From: Amoebophrya sp. A120
Lineage: Eukaryota > Protista > Dinoflagellata
NCBI GenBank assembly: GCA_905178155.1
Contig: CAJINV010000003.1
Coordinates: forward strand, 1,288,710 to 1,352,709
Direction of reading: 5' to 3'
DNA: 64,000 nt
Shown here: piece by piece, positions 1 to 12,128 of the stretch
How the letters are laid out: every line of letters starts with the position of its first letter
Position numbering within the stretch: position 1 is the stretch's first letter
The notes under the pieces: generated by a model
What the model saw: only the letters and a program-made list of their open reading frames with translations
Databases searched by the model: none
What the model was told of the DNA's origin: nothing
Program-made: the position numbers and the translations under genes

Positions 1-3000
1 GCGGTGCCGTACACGGAGAGCGACGACCCCAACCGCAAAAAGGACCGCAGCGAGGTGCAACTCCCAAAGTGTCCGCAGTCCAGCACGGACAGCGAGGATC
101 CCAGCCTCGTGAACCCGTAGACGGACAGACTGCTGCCCACGCGCCCGAACCCGCGTAAGCTCATGGAACTACCAAAGTGGCCGAAGTCTAAGAGGGACAA
201 AGAACTGCCGATGGAGGTCATGCCGTACACGCTCATTGCACTTCCAATGCGGTGGAAGGACCGCACCGAGATCGTGCTGCCGATCGACGCGTAGTCCAGG
301 ATGGAGAACGCGGACCCGAGCGTGGCCACCCCGTACACGGACAGGGAACTCCCGATCCGGATGTAGCTCTTCAGGGACATGGAGCTGCCCATGTTGACGA
401 AGTCCAGGATCGACATGTTGGACCCCAGTCTTGTCAGTCCGTACACGGAGAAGGTGCTGCCTAAGCGGACAAAGGACCGCAGACTCAGACTACTGCCGAT
501 GTGGGTGAAGTCCAGGATGGAGCAGGAGCTGCCGAACCGCGCCACCCCGAAGGTGGACAGCGCGCTGCCCAGGCGGACGAAGCTCGTGGTCGAGACGGAC
601 GACCCAAAGTACGCCTGCTGCCCGACGGAGAGAAAGCTCCCGATCCGGGTGTTCCCGAACACGGACACCGTGCTGCCGACCCGGAGGAAGTTCCGGATGG
701 ACACGGAGGACCCAAAATGCGCGTAGTCCAACACCGACATCAGCGACCCGATCCGGGTCATCCCGTACACGGATATGATGCTTCCCGCGCGCAGGAACGA
801 CCGCAGACTCATGGAGGACCCGAGCAAGGAGCAATCTAGCATGGAGAGCGAGGACCCGATCCGGGACAGCCCGTACACGGAGCAAGAACTCGACAGTCGG
901 ACGAAACTCCTACTGGACAACGAGCTCCCAATGTTGAAGAAGTCCAGCACGGAGAGCGAACTCCCGATCTTGCTGTAGCCGTACACGGAGCAGGTGGATC
1001 CGAGGCGCGCGAACGCGCGGCAACTGATGCTGGACCCCAGGGACACGAAGTCAAGGACGGACAAACTGCTGCCGAGGAAGCCCAGGCCGTACAGACTCAT
1101 CGCGGACCCGAGCCGCAGAAAGTTCCGCACCGACATGCTGGATGAGAAGTGCGCGAAGTCCAGGATCGACAGCGTACTGCCCAGCTGGCTCAGTCCGTAC
1201 ACGGACATGGTCAGGCCGATCCGCGCGTAACTCCGGACGCTCAAGGCACTCCCGATGTGCACAAAGTCCAAAATCGACAGGTTGGACCCCAACCGCCCCA
1301 TGCCGTAGCAACTGGCGCCGGACCCGATCCGGCAGTAGGCGCGGAGGGAGAGTGCGGAGCCCATGCTGGCGAAGTCGAGCACGGACAGGGAGGACCCGAT
1401 TCGCGTCACGCCGTACACCGAGAAGCTGCTGCCCACGCGCCCGAAGGACCGCAACGAGAGCACGCTGCCGATGTAGCACACGTCCAACAAAGACAGCACG
1501 CTTCCCATGCGCAGTAACCCGTACGCGGACAGACTGCTGCCGTACCGGGCGAAGCCCCGGACGGAGATGCTGGACCCGCAGCTGATGTAGTCCAGGATAC
1601 TCAGCATCGACCCCATGCGGCTCATGCCGTACATGGAAAGACTGGACCCGCACCGCTGGTACTGCCGGATGGACAAGGAACTACCCAAAGAGACGAAGTC
1701 CAGCACGGAGTGCGAGCTGCCCATGATGGCCTTGCAGAACACACTCAAGTTCCCGCCCATGCGCGTGAACGCGGTCACGGACAGCGAACTCGCCAGCTGC
1801 GTGAACCCGAGCACGGACATGCTGCTGCCGAACCGGGTCCACTGGAACACGGACAAGTTGGACCCGCAGCGGGCGAAGTACCGCAGCGAAAAGGAGGAAC
1901 TGAACGACACGAAGTTGAACACGGATAACCGGTGCCCGAACATCACGAACTGTCGCACGCTCATCCCCGCGCCGAAGAACCCGTCGCCGAACACGGACAG
2001 GGAACTGCCTAATTTGGTCATCTGCCGCACGGACAAAGCCTCGCCGAAGGTGGTGTCCTGCGCCACGGAGAGCTTGTTCGCGACCACGGTACCCGCACTG
2101 CTGTCGGACGCCAGCTGCTCGCTCGCGATCGACGTGCGGCCCGCTAATCTCGTGTCGGACACCACGGAAAGCGTCTTCCCGAGGTTCACGGCGTCGGTGA
2201 CGGACAATTTCGTGTGGAACAAAAGCTCCTCGTCCTGCCGAAGGGTGATGTAGTCCACCTTCGTTGACTCGCCGCCCACTTCCGTGGCCTGTTGTGGTTG
2301 TCGGTTGAGTTCGGATTTTGCATTCAATTGTTCTTAACGCAAAACAAAAGGTCGTGCTGTAAGCGCTGCGAAGCTCTGAAAAAAAATATTCTGAATTTAG
2401 TGCATGACGATACCTATGATATATTTGCAAAAAATTGTAGTTTTTTTTTGTATACCTCTTCCTCCTTCGCAATGACCAACGCCCCTCGGACCTGATCGTC
2501 CTCTGAGACGCCTGGGTTGCGGTATATGCTCCATTTTCGCACACCGTTGTAACGGAAGGCAATTTGTGGATTCTCGTTGTTTCGCGGATCGATATCGATG
2601 GGACCCAACAGCGAGATCTCACCGACCCGCGAAATCAGCACGAAGGCCTCCGTTTGTAGGAGGAAGGTGCTAAAAAAGAAAAACAGCAAGACCTGCAACA
2701 GGTTCGCAAAGAAAGAACCACCGCTGCTGCTGCCCTTCTGGGCACTTCGCGCCATGCTGGTCCGCGGAATCCGCCACCTATTCGACGTCGTCGTGATGTC
2801 GCAACATCGTTCTATACTCGTGAGAGAATAAGGAGACGACGGCGCACAACCTTGGAGTTTTCTGTCTAGATTTTCACGGTCAACAGCTCTGGGCCCGCAA
2901 AGTGCCGGCTGCAAAGGTTGTTGTTGATGTTCCGTAGTAGATCTGCTAGTCTTGGTTTTTCTATGACTATTTTCGGACGAAGATCTGGACCTTCTTCTCC

Positions 3001-3541
3001 GGGTCTTCTTGTCGAAACGAAGACGAGGGCGATGGTTTTCCTTTCTAACCCAGCATCCCTCGTGCTGCCACACGGACGGGGATGCTGCTGGAAGAGACGC
3101 GGCCGCTGTTGAAAACGCATCGGCTTCCTCGTCAATAAATTGGTTGTTGATGCTGCTCTCCTCTGGTTTATAATTTCTTCTGCTACAACTCGTCGTTGAC
3201 GTCGCCGTCGCAGTAGATATCAATTCGTCCCCGCAACAGCCGAAACTGCCATTCCCGCTGGTGCAAGACGAAGACGATTTTCTCCTCCAGAGGCTCTGGT
3301 TTGTTTTTACCGTTGATGTTGTCGCGGAAAAAGTGCACGACCCGACGCTCCCGTGTTGAACGAGATGCCTTTTCCGATATATTTTTTGCACGGAATCATC
3401 ATGCTCCTGCAGATGATCCGGCACAACTTCTGAAGAAGACTGCTGGTTTATTCTGTTCCTCCGAATGGAAAAAGAAGACGAGGAGCTGCCGCCAGCCAGG
3501 CTGACGCCCGCGCCGGCTATTCTCCCAGGTTCCGTTTCCAT
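1..3541 (-). CDS. Large putatively secreted 12-aa-repeat (beta-solenoid-like) protein, 3' end runs off the window
   Basis: Exon 2456-3541 (ATG at 3541, or at 2755 MARSAQ... followed by a hydrophobic signal-like stretch). GT-AG intron 2289-2455 joins ...AKEEE|ATEVGG... The frame is then stop-free from 2288 to base 1 and reads GSSLSVLDFxxx-GSSLSLRSFxRx-GSSLSVYGxTRx repeats. The ORF track misses it because there is no stop in the window. Confidence 0.85.
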
Positions 3542-3879
3542 CTAGAACGCCTGCTGCACCCCGTGTTTGTTCCAAACCAAATTTTTCCGCACCGCCATCG
3601 CGAAAACGTAGTTCTGGTGCTCCAACGACGAGGTTCTTTGTGCTTGCTTCATCATGACGACCGAAATCTGCGCGGGTAACAAGTTTGGTAAAAATTCCGA
3701 AATAATTAGAAATTTTTTGGAACGAGAAGAAAGAAATAGCATGCAAATTACATGTTCTGAATCGAATCTCTTGAATCCTCAAAACTCGGAAAAGTAAAAA
3801 AGATCCAAAAGAATCAACTTGGAACAATAGTAAGAAGAAAAAACTGTTGTTGAATATAGCAGACTAATAATAAAAGTGA

Positions 3880-4140
3880 ATAGAATAGTGATAATCTTAA
3901 GGAAGTAAACTATTGAATATAAGAGTTAAACAACAAGTAAATCGTGATAAGTTTCAAATGATCAAAGAGTGTGATATCAACCTAGTTAGAATAAAAGCGA
4001 ATATAAGTAAATTGTGATATTAGAATAATAAATTATCCTAAACCTCGTATCAAATTGCGAAAAATGTAAATAAAAGAAAATAGTGAAAAAATAGGAAAAA
4101 ATAGCAGTAACCTAAGTGCGTAAATAGTGATAAATTATTT
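3880..4140. repeat. AT-rich degenerate repeat of (A/C)GTAAATNGTGATA motif
   Basis: Copies at ~3903, 3935, 4005, 4075 and 4119 (aagtaaatcgtgataag, aagtaaattgtgatatt, cgtaaatagtgataaat), upstream of the beta-solenoid gene. Confidence 0.45.
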
Positions 4141-6875
4141 TCGAGATATCCAAACTGTATGGTACCTATTAATAATCATACCCGAAAACAACTCTCTCTC
4201 TTCGAAAAAACAGAGCTAAAGTTTTTTGGGTGGCAAGAGTTTGGGGTCGTCACACGGGGTGGGGTCATGGATTTTTTGGAAAAATTTGCAAGAATGAAGA
4301 TTGGAAGCACACACATGAAACTCAATGCCGTTTCGGTCAAGAAGACGCTGATTTTTGAGATAACCGTTCATTGCAGTCTTAGTACCTATCACTTTCTCTC
4401 TCACGCAACAATCATAAGATGCACTTTTGGCCAGAAAAAATGCTCGTCTTGAAACAGAACTGAAGCTGCTCTTCCTCTTCCTGCAGACAAATGGAAAGAA
4501 GCCGAATTGTTGTACCAGCTTGAATCGTCTAAAAAACTAGGAAACAGATTGTTTTGGTCTTTGCTCTTCTTATCTGAATTGCTCATGCTGCGAGTCTCAC
4601 GGAACACACAAAAAAAACCGACATTTTTCTTGACGGAAAAAATCCTTCACTGAAGAATCCTTGCCCAGCTACTACGGCCTACGTGCTCACGGATGCTATG
4701 TACGTACGAAATATGCTAAGGACGTTACCACGTATAATTATTTTCTTCTAGTTTTACTAAGTCGTCAGCATGGTACGAGGGAGTCAATGCTCTGCGACTG
4801 TACGTGTTGGAACGATTCTGCCGTTTTTCGTCCTTCTTGCGAGCGTGATGTGGAACGAGGATGCAAAACTCGCAGTACGGTTTGAACGCTCATCACGATG
4901 CAAAAGTTGTATATCAGCCACGTTTGCAATACGAATAGATGAAGATGCAATCTTCACGTTTGCCAAAAGCAGAAATTACGTGTCAGTACGCTGGAGCTTC
5001 TAGACGCTACGCTGATGATACAAATACGCACGTTCCTTTTTCTTTCTCTGTAGAATTCTTAGCTTTCCGAGTGGTACAACCACATACCAAGACGTCAACC
5101 TCATACTCACGTTTCTTGTTGCAGTTTCTTGTCGCGCTAGAAGCCTATGCCTTTCAGAAAAGCAGTGTTGGTGTTGCGAGAAGGATCTACAAAACAGATA
5201 GCGACAAGCACTTGCTTCTTCGCTACAGAAGCCTTCCTCCAACTATGTATTACGTACTATCAATGTTTATATAAATATCTCACTTAAAAACCGCAAATTG
5301 ATGCGCGGCACTATCGTTCTCGTGTTTGTTTGCTTGTATTCATGCGTTTAAAACTGGGAAGGCGTTTACTCATGAATCTTTTTCTAGCGCTACTTCAATC
5401 AAAGCCGTCTGCTGCGAAACATGTCGAAACAAGACGCTGCTGACTACAGTCCTAGCCTAAAATTAGGCCTGACGAAAAAATATCTTGAGGAGGATGAAGC
5501 TCGCGACTCTTTGATCGTTTTGCTTCTATCTAATTCTTTTAAGCTTTTGTCGTTTTCTACTTCACTGTAAAAGCTTCAAAGTCTAAAGCGGTTACTTTGT
5601 TTCTCTTCTTTTTACTAAATCAATAATTTGAAAAAATATGAAAATTGTAGTTAGCAAAAGTGGTCAAAGTGCATGAATATGTTGAACAACAACTGGGCCA
5701 GCAAAATAATTGCTTTGTAAAATCACTGAAGGAAGTACTTAAAAATTGAGTACTTGTAGCAGCATGAACTGCTGGCCATCAACGCATAAGATCACACCAC
5801 CCTTGCGGTAGAAGATTTAACCCTGCTGGTGCCTGCAGTTACGCTTTCGCTTACGAATACGATGTGAAAATCATATCCATCAAAATTTTCGTACTAGCCT
5901 CAAAGAATGCACCTCCGAGGGAAGTGCCTCAATCAAGATCAAGCACACAACATAAAGCACTTACTAGGTGGGTGATGGGGGTCATTCTGGATAACTTCTA
6001 CGCGCAAAAAAAAGAAATATTCCAACTCCATCGCATTTCTTCTGTCTCGAAGGTCTGAGAGCAAGAATATCGTGCCTCTTGTCTTTCACACTTACGGCAT
6101 AAAATAAACAGTAGCTCACATAAGCCAAACTTTCTGTCGGATCTTTAAGCGAGCTCCGTCGTCGTGCAGGTGTCAAGTAGCCTAAGCAAGGAAGATGAGT
6201 TCATTTTTGCTGCATCAGTTTTAAAAGCAACCACAGCAAAATTCTACCTTTCTTAAATTCTTTTTTGGTTTTTGAAATTTGTTAAAGAAGAGTGTCGCAA
6301 AATTAGTGAAGATGCCGAAGAGAGTCTACGTACTTCAACGGAAGCCGTGAGTGTTTCTTGGTGAGCAAAATAAGAGCGAAAGCTGCTATTTGCTCCTATT
6401 CATGGATGATTCGTGCGAATCTCCAACAAATAAACCAGCAACAGATGTATGTACTCTTACATTGATGCTCATCCGCCTCCTTCTGAGAGGCTAAAGCAGA
6501 CCACTTGCAAGAGTGTGCATAGAAGGTGTAATCCATTTTTTCATAACTTTTCTATCATTTTCGAACTCCATTGCTGCTTCCACCGCAGTTGGAATATCTC
6601 TGGCTTTTTTTAAAGTCTTTTCTGTATCCTCAACGACGTGGAGCTTTCTCGAGTTCCATTTATTTTCCATTTCCCCGGGCCCGGACAGAAAACAAAAATA
6701 AAAATTCTGCAGACACAAAATGGAAACTCAAGTGTGAAGTTTCTATTTTTCGCACTACGAAACAGTAGAGCATAATCTAGGGATTTCCATTCTCATCAAC
6801 AGCTGGCGGCCTTAGGGGCGTTACTGTTCTTCTTGACATCAATTGCATTTGCAATCTGTTGATAAACCCTGGTCG

Positions 6876-8857
6876 TTAGTTACTGCCCGGGAGAAACGCG
6901 TCCGTGCGACCAAGAGAAATCAAAGGGTGATGGCCGTACCCGAGAGGACAGGGGCGCGTGGCGATTTCGCACACCGAGATGATATTTTGCATGTCCACGT
7001 CGCCGATTCTGTTGATGCAAGTGCCAAAGAGCCGGAGGCGGTCTTGCAAATTCTCCACGTCCCACTTATTGTCGCGCTGCTGCAACGGCGTGCGAACGAG
7101 CGGCAGTGCGGACCCGCAGGGACAGCGTGTACTTTCTTATGAATTGCAAATTAATATGTCTGGGTCTGGAAGATTGCGAGATTTGTATTACTGAACTGGC
7201 ATACCCCTGAACTCTGTGATGCATGTTGTGGTATAGCGCCAAAACTCTTTCATGCAAAAACGCGATTTCTCATGCGTGGCTGCGTATCAGAATCAGTTTG
7301 TGATGCATGTATTAGCATCACAAGTTTCCAGACCCAGACATATTTGCATTTGATAGTAGTAAAGGAGCGACGAAGATTTATTTTGGTGTGTTGGCTGTCG
7401 GTAGTTGATGTTGTCCAGCTCGGGGCATCGTGGCTAATAGACGTCGACAAATTGGGCGTACTTGTCGTGTTAGAACCATCAACGACAGCACACGGCTCGC
7501 ACGAGATGACGTCGACCTGGGAAGAACAATCTTTCTCTACTTCCTGGCGTTGGAGATCATCTTCAAGGTCCTCGATGATCGGCGGCCGATTCTTTGCCTT
7601 TTTGGTAGTAGTTTCCTTGCTCCTGCTCGCAGTCCCCATCTCGTGGTCGTCCTCCTGCTTTTTCATTTCGCGGCCCGCCCCAAATGCGCCAACCACGTGG
7701 TCAGACATTGTCATGGTGGAGAGTTCATCTCCGCTTCTACGTCTATTCAGCACGCTATTGCTGCTCGCATAAAATTCCTCTACGAGAGGTGAACCCTGAG
7801 AGGTGCGAGGATCTTGCTCCTGGTTCTTCTTGCGCGGCAAGGTGGACGGCAAGCGAGGCAGCAGCTCCTGCTGCTCTCGCTTATCATCTTCGTGGAAGGC
7901 CCGCTGGTCCTGCACCAGCTCGGTTTTGATTCCCTTTGCTTCCTCTTCACTGCCGTTGTCGGAATAGATCTCGCATCCGCCCAGGCCCGGGGGAAATGAC
8001 CCAGAAGCACAACCGCCCCGCGTGGCGTAGCTGATGCGGGAAGCACGAGGAAGGCCCCCTTGATGATCCTCGTCTTCAAATGTTGAGAAGTCGCACTTTA
8101 TTCCTGGTCTGTCGTGGTTCCAAGCACTTGCTCCACTCAAGACGGGCACGTAGTTGCTGCGCAGGAGCTGTTCTTCTTCTTTGGAGCTGGTGCCAAATCC
8201 ACCAGGAAAAATATCAACGCTCTCCAATCGTTTTGGATTTGGCTCTCCTGGTTCTATCAGGGTCAAGAGCTCGTCGCCCATGAGTCTCCGATTCGTATTC
8301 GCAGATGCTGCATGGATTTTCTTCGACGTCGTCTCCCGGCGCGACCTCTTCGCAGATGCTGCACGGGATTTCTTCAACGTCGTCTCCCGGCACGAAGGAT
8401 CTACTTCGTCACCAGAACTCTCAATCGAGAAGCAAGGCAGGTCCAGCGCCTCTTCGTTTTTTTTCGCTTCCTCATAGGCCGTGTCGGGGTCGTAGTGGCA
8501 CACCAAGTTTGAGTCGCACCGCTGAACTCCCGCGACGTCCTTGCGTATTTTCATCTGCCGTAGGTCACCGAAGTCATCGTCCTCACTGCTGTCGGAGAGG
8601 GGACAGGGAGGCAGAGGCAGCGCAGGCTCAGCTTCATCTTGCTTGTCCTCCTGCAGGTTGAGTTCCTTTGTAGACGTGGTCTTTTTATTGCCCAGAAAGA
8701 ACGACGGTCGACGGCTGTAAGTAGTAGTTCCCGTACACGCGACGCCTTCCGTCGTAGCTTCCATTTTCTTCGGCCTGTTTCTCAAACTCGTCATCTGTCG
8801 ACAGTTTTCTATTGAACAGGTTCTTTGAACTCCACCGTGGCTCGTCCTTGTTCGCAT
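6876..8857 (-). CDS. Hypothetical low-complexity protein (or 3' part of the 8685-11317 gene), interrupted by an introner
   Basis: ORF 7250-8857 reads into the TIR element at 7355. Deleting 7138-7355 gives ...RSFTT-ESTRCPCGSALPLVRTPLQQRDNKWD..., in frame with ORF 6876-7085. Confidence 0.55.
7138..7355. mobile_element. Introner-like TIR element, family A (degenerate copy, no intact TSD)
   Basis: Left end tatgaattgcaaattaatatgtctgggtctggaa, right end ttccagacccagacatatttgcatttgata. Flanks tttct and gtagt do not match. Confidence 0.8.
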
Positions 8858-11317
8858 CTTGTTCGCCCAACTGGAAGATATTCATCGGGTTGGTCGTGTT
8901 GCTGTTCGTGCGGGTCGTGCTAGTGGTAGCGCTCCTCTTCTTGTTCTCTAAAAATGCTTGCTCATCTCCCAGCGGAGCTATGTCTCCTCCGCTTGAAGAT
9001 ACTACTTCGTCCCCCGCAAAATTGACCCGGTGCTTCTTGAGCCGATCTGCGTTCATGAGGTTCTGCAACGCCCCACTCCCCTCGGAATCCGCTAGCGAGG
9101 GGAGGGACAGACCGCGAGACCGGCACGACGGTTCATCAGGTCGCCGCCCAAGGGAAGTGGTAATCATGCTACCGTCCACGTGGAGGCTGGCAAGGGCACT
9201 GCTGCCGCCGGTTTTCAAAATGCCTCGACGGGGGCTGCACGGAGCATTATTATAACCCGCAGCACTTGCATCATGTAGAGGAGTAGTAGGCGCCATTGGC
9301 ATTGCAGGAGCAGCTGCGCCAATGACAGTTTCTGAAGACGGCGCGACCGAAACTGCCCCAGCCGGGAAGAACGATGGATAATTCTCATCGGATTTGTTCA
9401 CATCGACGCACAGCTGTGCCGACTGCTGCTCTTCCGGCGGAGCCGTTTGGTCGTTTTGCTGCTCTTGTTCTTCGTCCCTAGAAGTACTTCTCAAGTGCTC
9501 GTTCAACATTTTCTCGCGCCCCTGCCCGCTCGGGCGGTCCAGCATGGTAAAGGTTCCAGGTTTTTGGACCAACGCCCAGGCGATGTCGCAGCCCTGTTTC
9601 GTCTCCAGCTCGACAGCCGCTCTCAGGTCGGAAGGAGTGGCCCTCGAACAACGACGCTCCTGCTGCGCCCGCCTCTTGACCTCCTTCTCGGCCCGCGTAC
9701 GCAAGATGTCTCGGTTCACCCCACACGTTTTCGCGAAGGATTCCCCGAAGCAACAAAGCCGGTTCTTGACTCCTGCAGGTTGTTGTTTCTTGTTGATCAG
9801 CTTTTTGGTCCACGCTCGCTTTATGTCTCCCGCCCATTCTAACTCCGGTGTAGTCCGCGACGTCTCCCTCGCAGCCTTCTCGCACATCGCCCGCAACCGC
9901 AGGTATTCGAGACCCTCCGCCGCGCCCTCGGGGTCCATTGTGAGAAACACGGGAGTATCAAATGCAAAAATGTTTGGGTCTGGAAGAATGCAAGATTTGT
10001 CATGCATATTTCTCATGGCCCGTGATGCCTGTAATGCATGACTTAGCATCGCAGACTTTTAGAGGGCTTCCTGATGCACCTTCCGCATGAGAAATGCCCT
10101 GTCCGTGTAGCGCAAATCATACCCCTCTTGCTGGTCATGCAATACAAATTTTTTTAGAGTCCAAAAACAGCATGACAAGTTGCAATCTCCCAGACCCAGA
10201 CATTTTTACATTTGATAGGGAGCCACGACGGAGAGCTTCGCGAACGCCTCCAGTAAGGCCAGACAGTGCCGCTGGGCCCGCACGTCTGTGCCCATCATGG
10301 TGCTGACCAAACCGGCCAGAACTCGCAGGCTGTCGATCCCAACACAGGTGACGTTGTACACCTGAAACAGGTATCAAATGCAAAAGTGTCTGGGTCTAGA
10401 AGGATGCAAACTTGTCATGCTTAGTCTGGATCATGCAAAAATCTGTGTTGCGTGATTACCAAAGGATGGCCATTTTTGACCAAGTTTGGAGTGAGTTTCT
10501 CATGCAGAGTGGGCATGATACAGACCTCACAGGATCTGTTATGCTAGATCCTGCATTCCAGACCTCATTTGCATTTGATAACAGGCCCCCAAGGTAGACG
10601 AACACTTCAAACGTGGTCCACAGAGGTTGGTCCTTCCTGGTGAAAAACTCCCCGAGCGGATTTGTTCCGTCGTTCTCGTTCAACGAATCAAAGTGCCCAA
10701 GTGGTCGACGAGGGCCAGTCGCCTATCCTGTGTAAAAATGCGGCCCACACCCCATAGTCAAGATGGGGAATCGGCTAGACAAATCGAAATCCACAAGCTT
10801 TGGCTGTCTTGCATGACATACACAGACTGTGCAACTGCGGGAATGGCATTGTGTATCAGGCTGTCTTGCGATCTAGTGCATCATGCTGATTGCAGCATGA
10901 CAAATTGCAAAACACGACTAGAAAATGCTTCTCATGGGGCTCCGCACGAGAAACATTTTCAGCAGGCAGATTCGCATTACAACTATGGGATCGTGGGGAC
11001 ATTTTTCAATACGATATCGCCTCCATCTTCATCTGAAGGAGCCACGCGTTCTTGTTCATCTTCTTGCTCCGCTTGTGGCGCGCCGCGGCCGGACCAATGG
11101 CAGCACACGGCTCGCACGACACGACGACCTGGGCGGAACAATCTTCCTCTACTTCCCGGCGTTGGAGATCATCTTTAAGGCCCTCCATGATCGGCGGAGA
11201 AGGTACCTCGTCGTCAGATGTTAAGAAGTCGCACTTCATTCCTGCTGTGTCGTGGTTCCAAGCACTTGCTGCACTCAAGGAGGACCTGCTCCCTTGGTCA
11301 ATCGCAGCACGAGCCAA
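8685..11317 (-). CDS. Hypothetical protein split by three introner elements
   Basis: Removing 10724-11016, 10372-10580 and 9956-10217, each with one TSD copy, fuses ORFs 11006-11317, 10456-10683 and 8685-10049 in frame: ...KMEATGPRR...VYLGGLFQVYNVT...KLSVVAPVFLTMDPEG... The start codon is uncertain. Confidence 0.75.
9956..10217. mobile_element. Introner (non-canonical intron), family A, TSD GGGAG
   Basis: GGGAG at 9951-9955 and 10218-10222. Ends tatcaaatgcaaaaatgtttgggtctggaag / ctcccagacccagacatttttacatttgata. Confidence 0.93.
10372..10580. mobile_element. Introner (non-canonical intron), family A, TSD ACAGG
   Basis: ACAGG at 10367-10371 and 10581-10585. Ends tatcaaatgcaaaagtgtctggg / ccagacctcatttgcatttgata. 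Confidence 0.92.
10724..11016. mobile_element. Introner (non-canonical intron), divergent family B, TSD TCGCC
   Basis: TCGCC at 10719-10723 and 11017-11021. Ends tatcctgtgtaaaaatgcggcccacaccccatagt / actatgggatcgtggggacatttttcaatacgata. It shares the internal cagcatgacaa and ttctcat...gagaaa motifs with family A. Confidence 0.88.
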
Positions 11318-12128
11318 AACCCTACAGATTTCGGCTCGGCTCGGCTGCGTGGCGGCGTTCCAGAACTTTAAGAGTGCAGCTGGAGCTAATCATGAGCTAA
11401 TTCTTGACCACGCTTAATACTAGCTTCGGCTGCAGAGCGCGGATCCACCGTCGGAGCGGCCTGGTCGCGAGTTCAGCGATGGCAATAGTGAAAACCGCAA
11501 TTGTGACAATGAAGGGAGGAAAAAAAATAGCACTGGCCTACAACTACCAAAACGACAAAGAGTAAGACAAGGAAAAGAAGTTGTAACAGAAATATTGACT
11601 ATCTGATGAAACTAATTAAGAGCCTTAAAGTCTTTTTTGTACAGTTCTCACATGCCTAAATTTGCGAGAGCAAGAAAACTGGAGATCGCTGTAAAATAGG
11701 AAAAGCGACAAACTTGAGAACTTTAAGCACGTATCGCAAAATTGAAAACTTGGAGGTCGCTGCAAGTTTAACTGTTTCCTCTGAGGATCGGAAAGCCTGA
11801 AAAATTATTATTTTTAAATGTAGTGTTTTGCTTATCGGCGGTTTGTATTCGGCAGAACTCGCCTTTTGCAGGATTATTTTGGACGTAAATCATAACTTAG
11901 CACGTTTTCCCCCGTGAGAAATGTGACTCGCGGCAAGGGCATCAACTCAAAAAATCTATAAGATGTCACAACTTGCCTGTTTTTCTAGGTCCGTGGAGTA
12001 AGCTGTTCTCAAAAAAGACAAACGCCTCATAAGTACTTCAGCGTCCGCCTTGTGGTGGTCTAACTAGCGGTAGGGTAGGAGTCCTACCCAGCTCCAAACT
12101 ACCCGGTCTGGTTACCATGAGAGGCTGC

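Noticed and set aside
252-2253. Many plus-strand and alternative-frame ORFs in the track
   Set aside because: They are shadows of the single repetitive minus-strand frame.
4159-6770. Short ORFs, including a TCWNDS protease-like motif
   Set aside because: Fragmentary and stop-ridden. Not enough support for a gene or TE call.
10367-10585. Canonical GT-AG splicing of this introner using the GT in the TSD and the nearby tttcag
   Set aside because: That junction shifts the frame. Only removal of element plus one TSD keeps the ORF.
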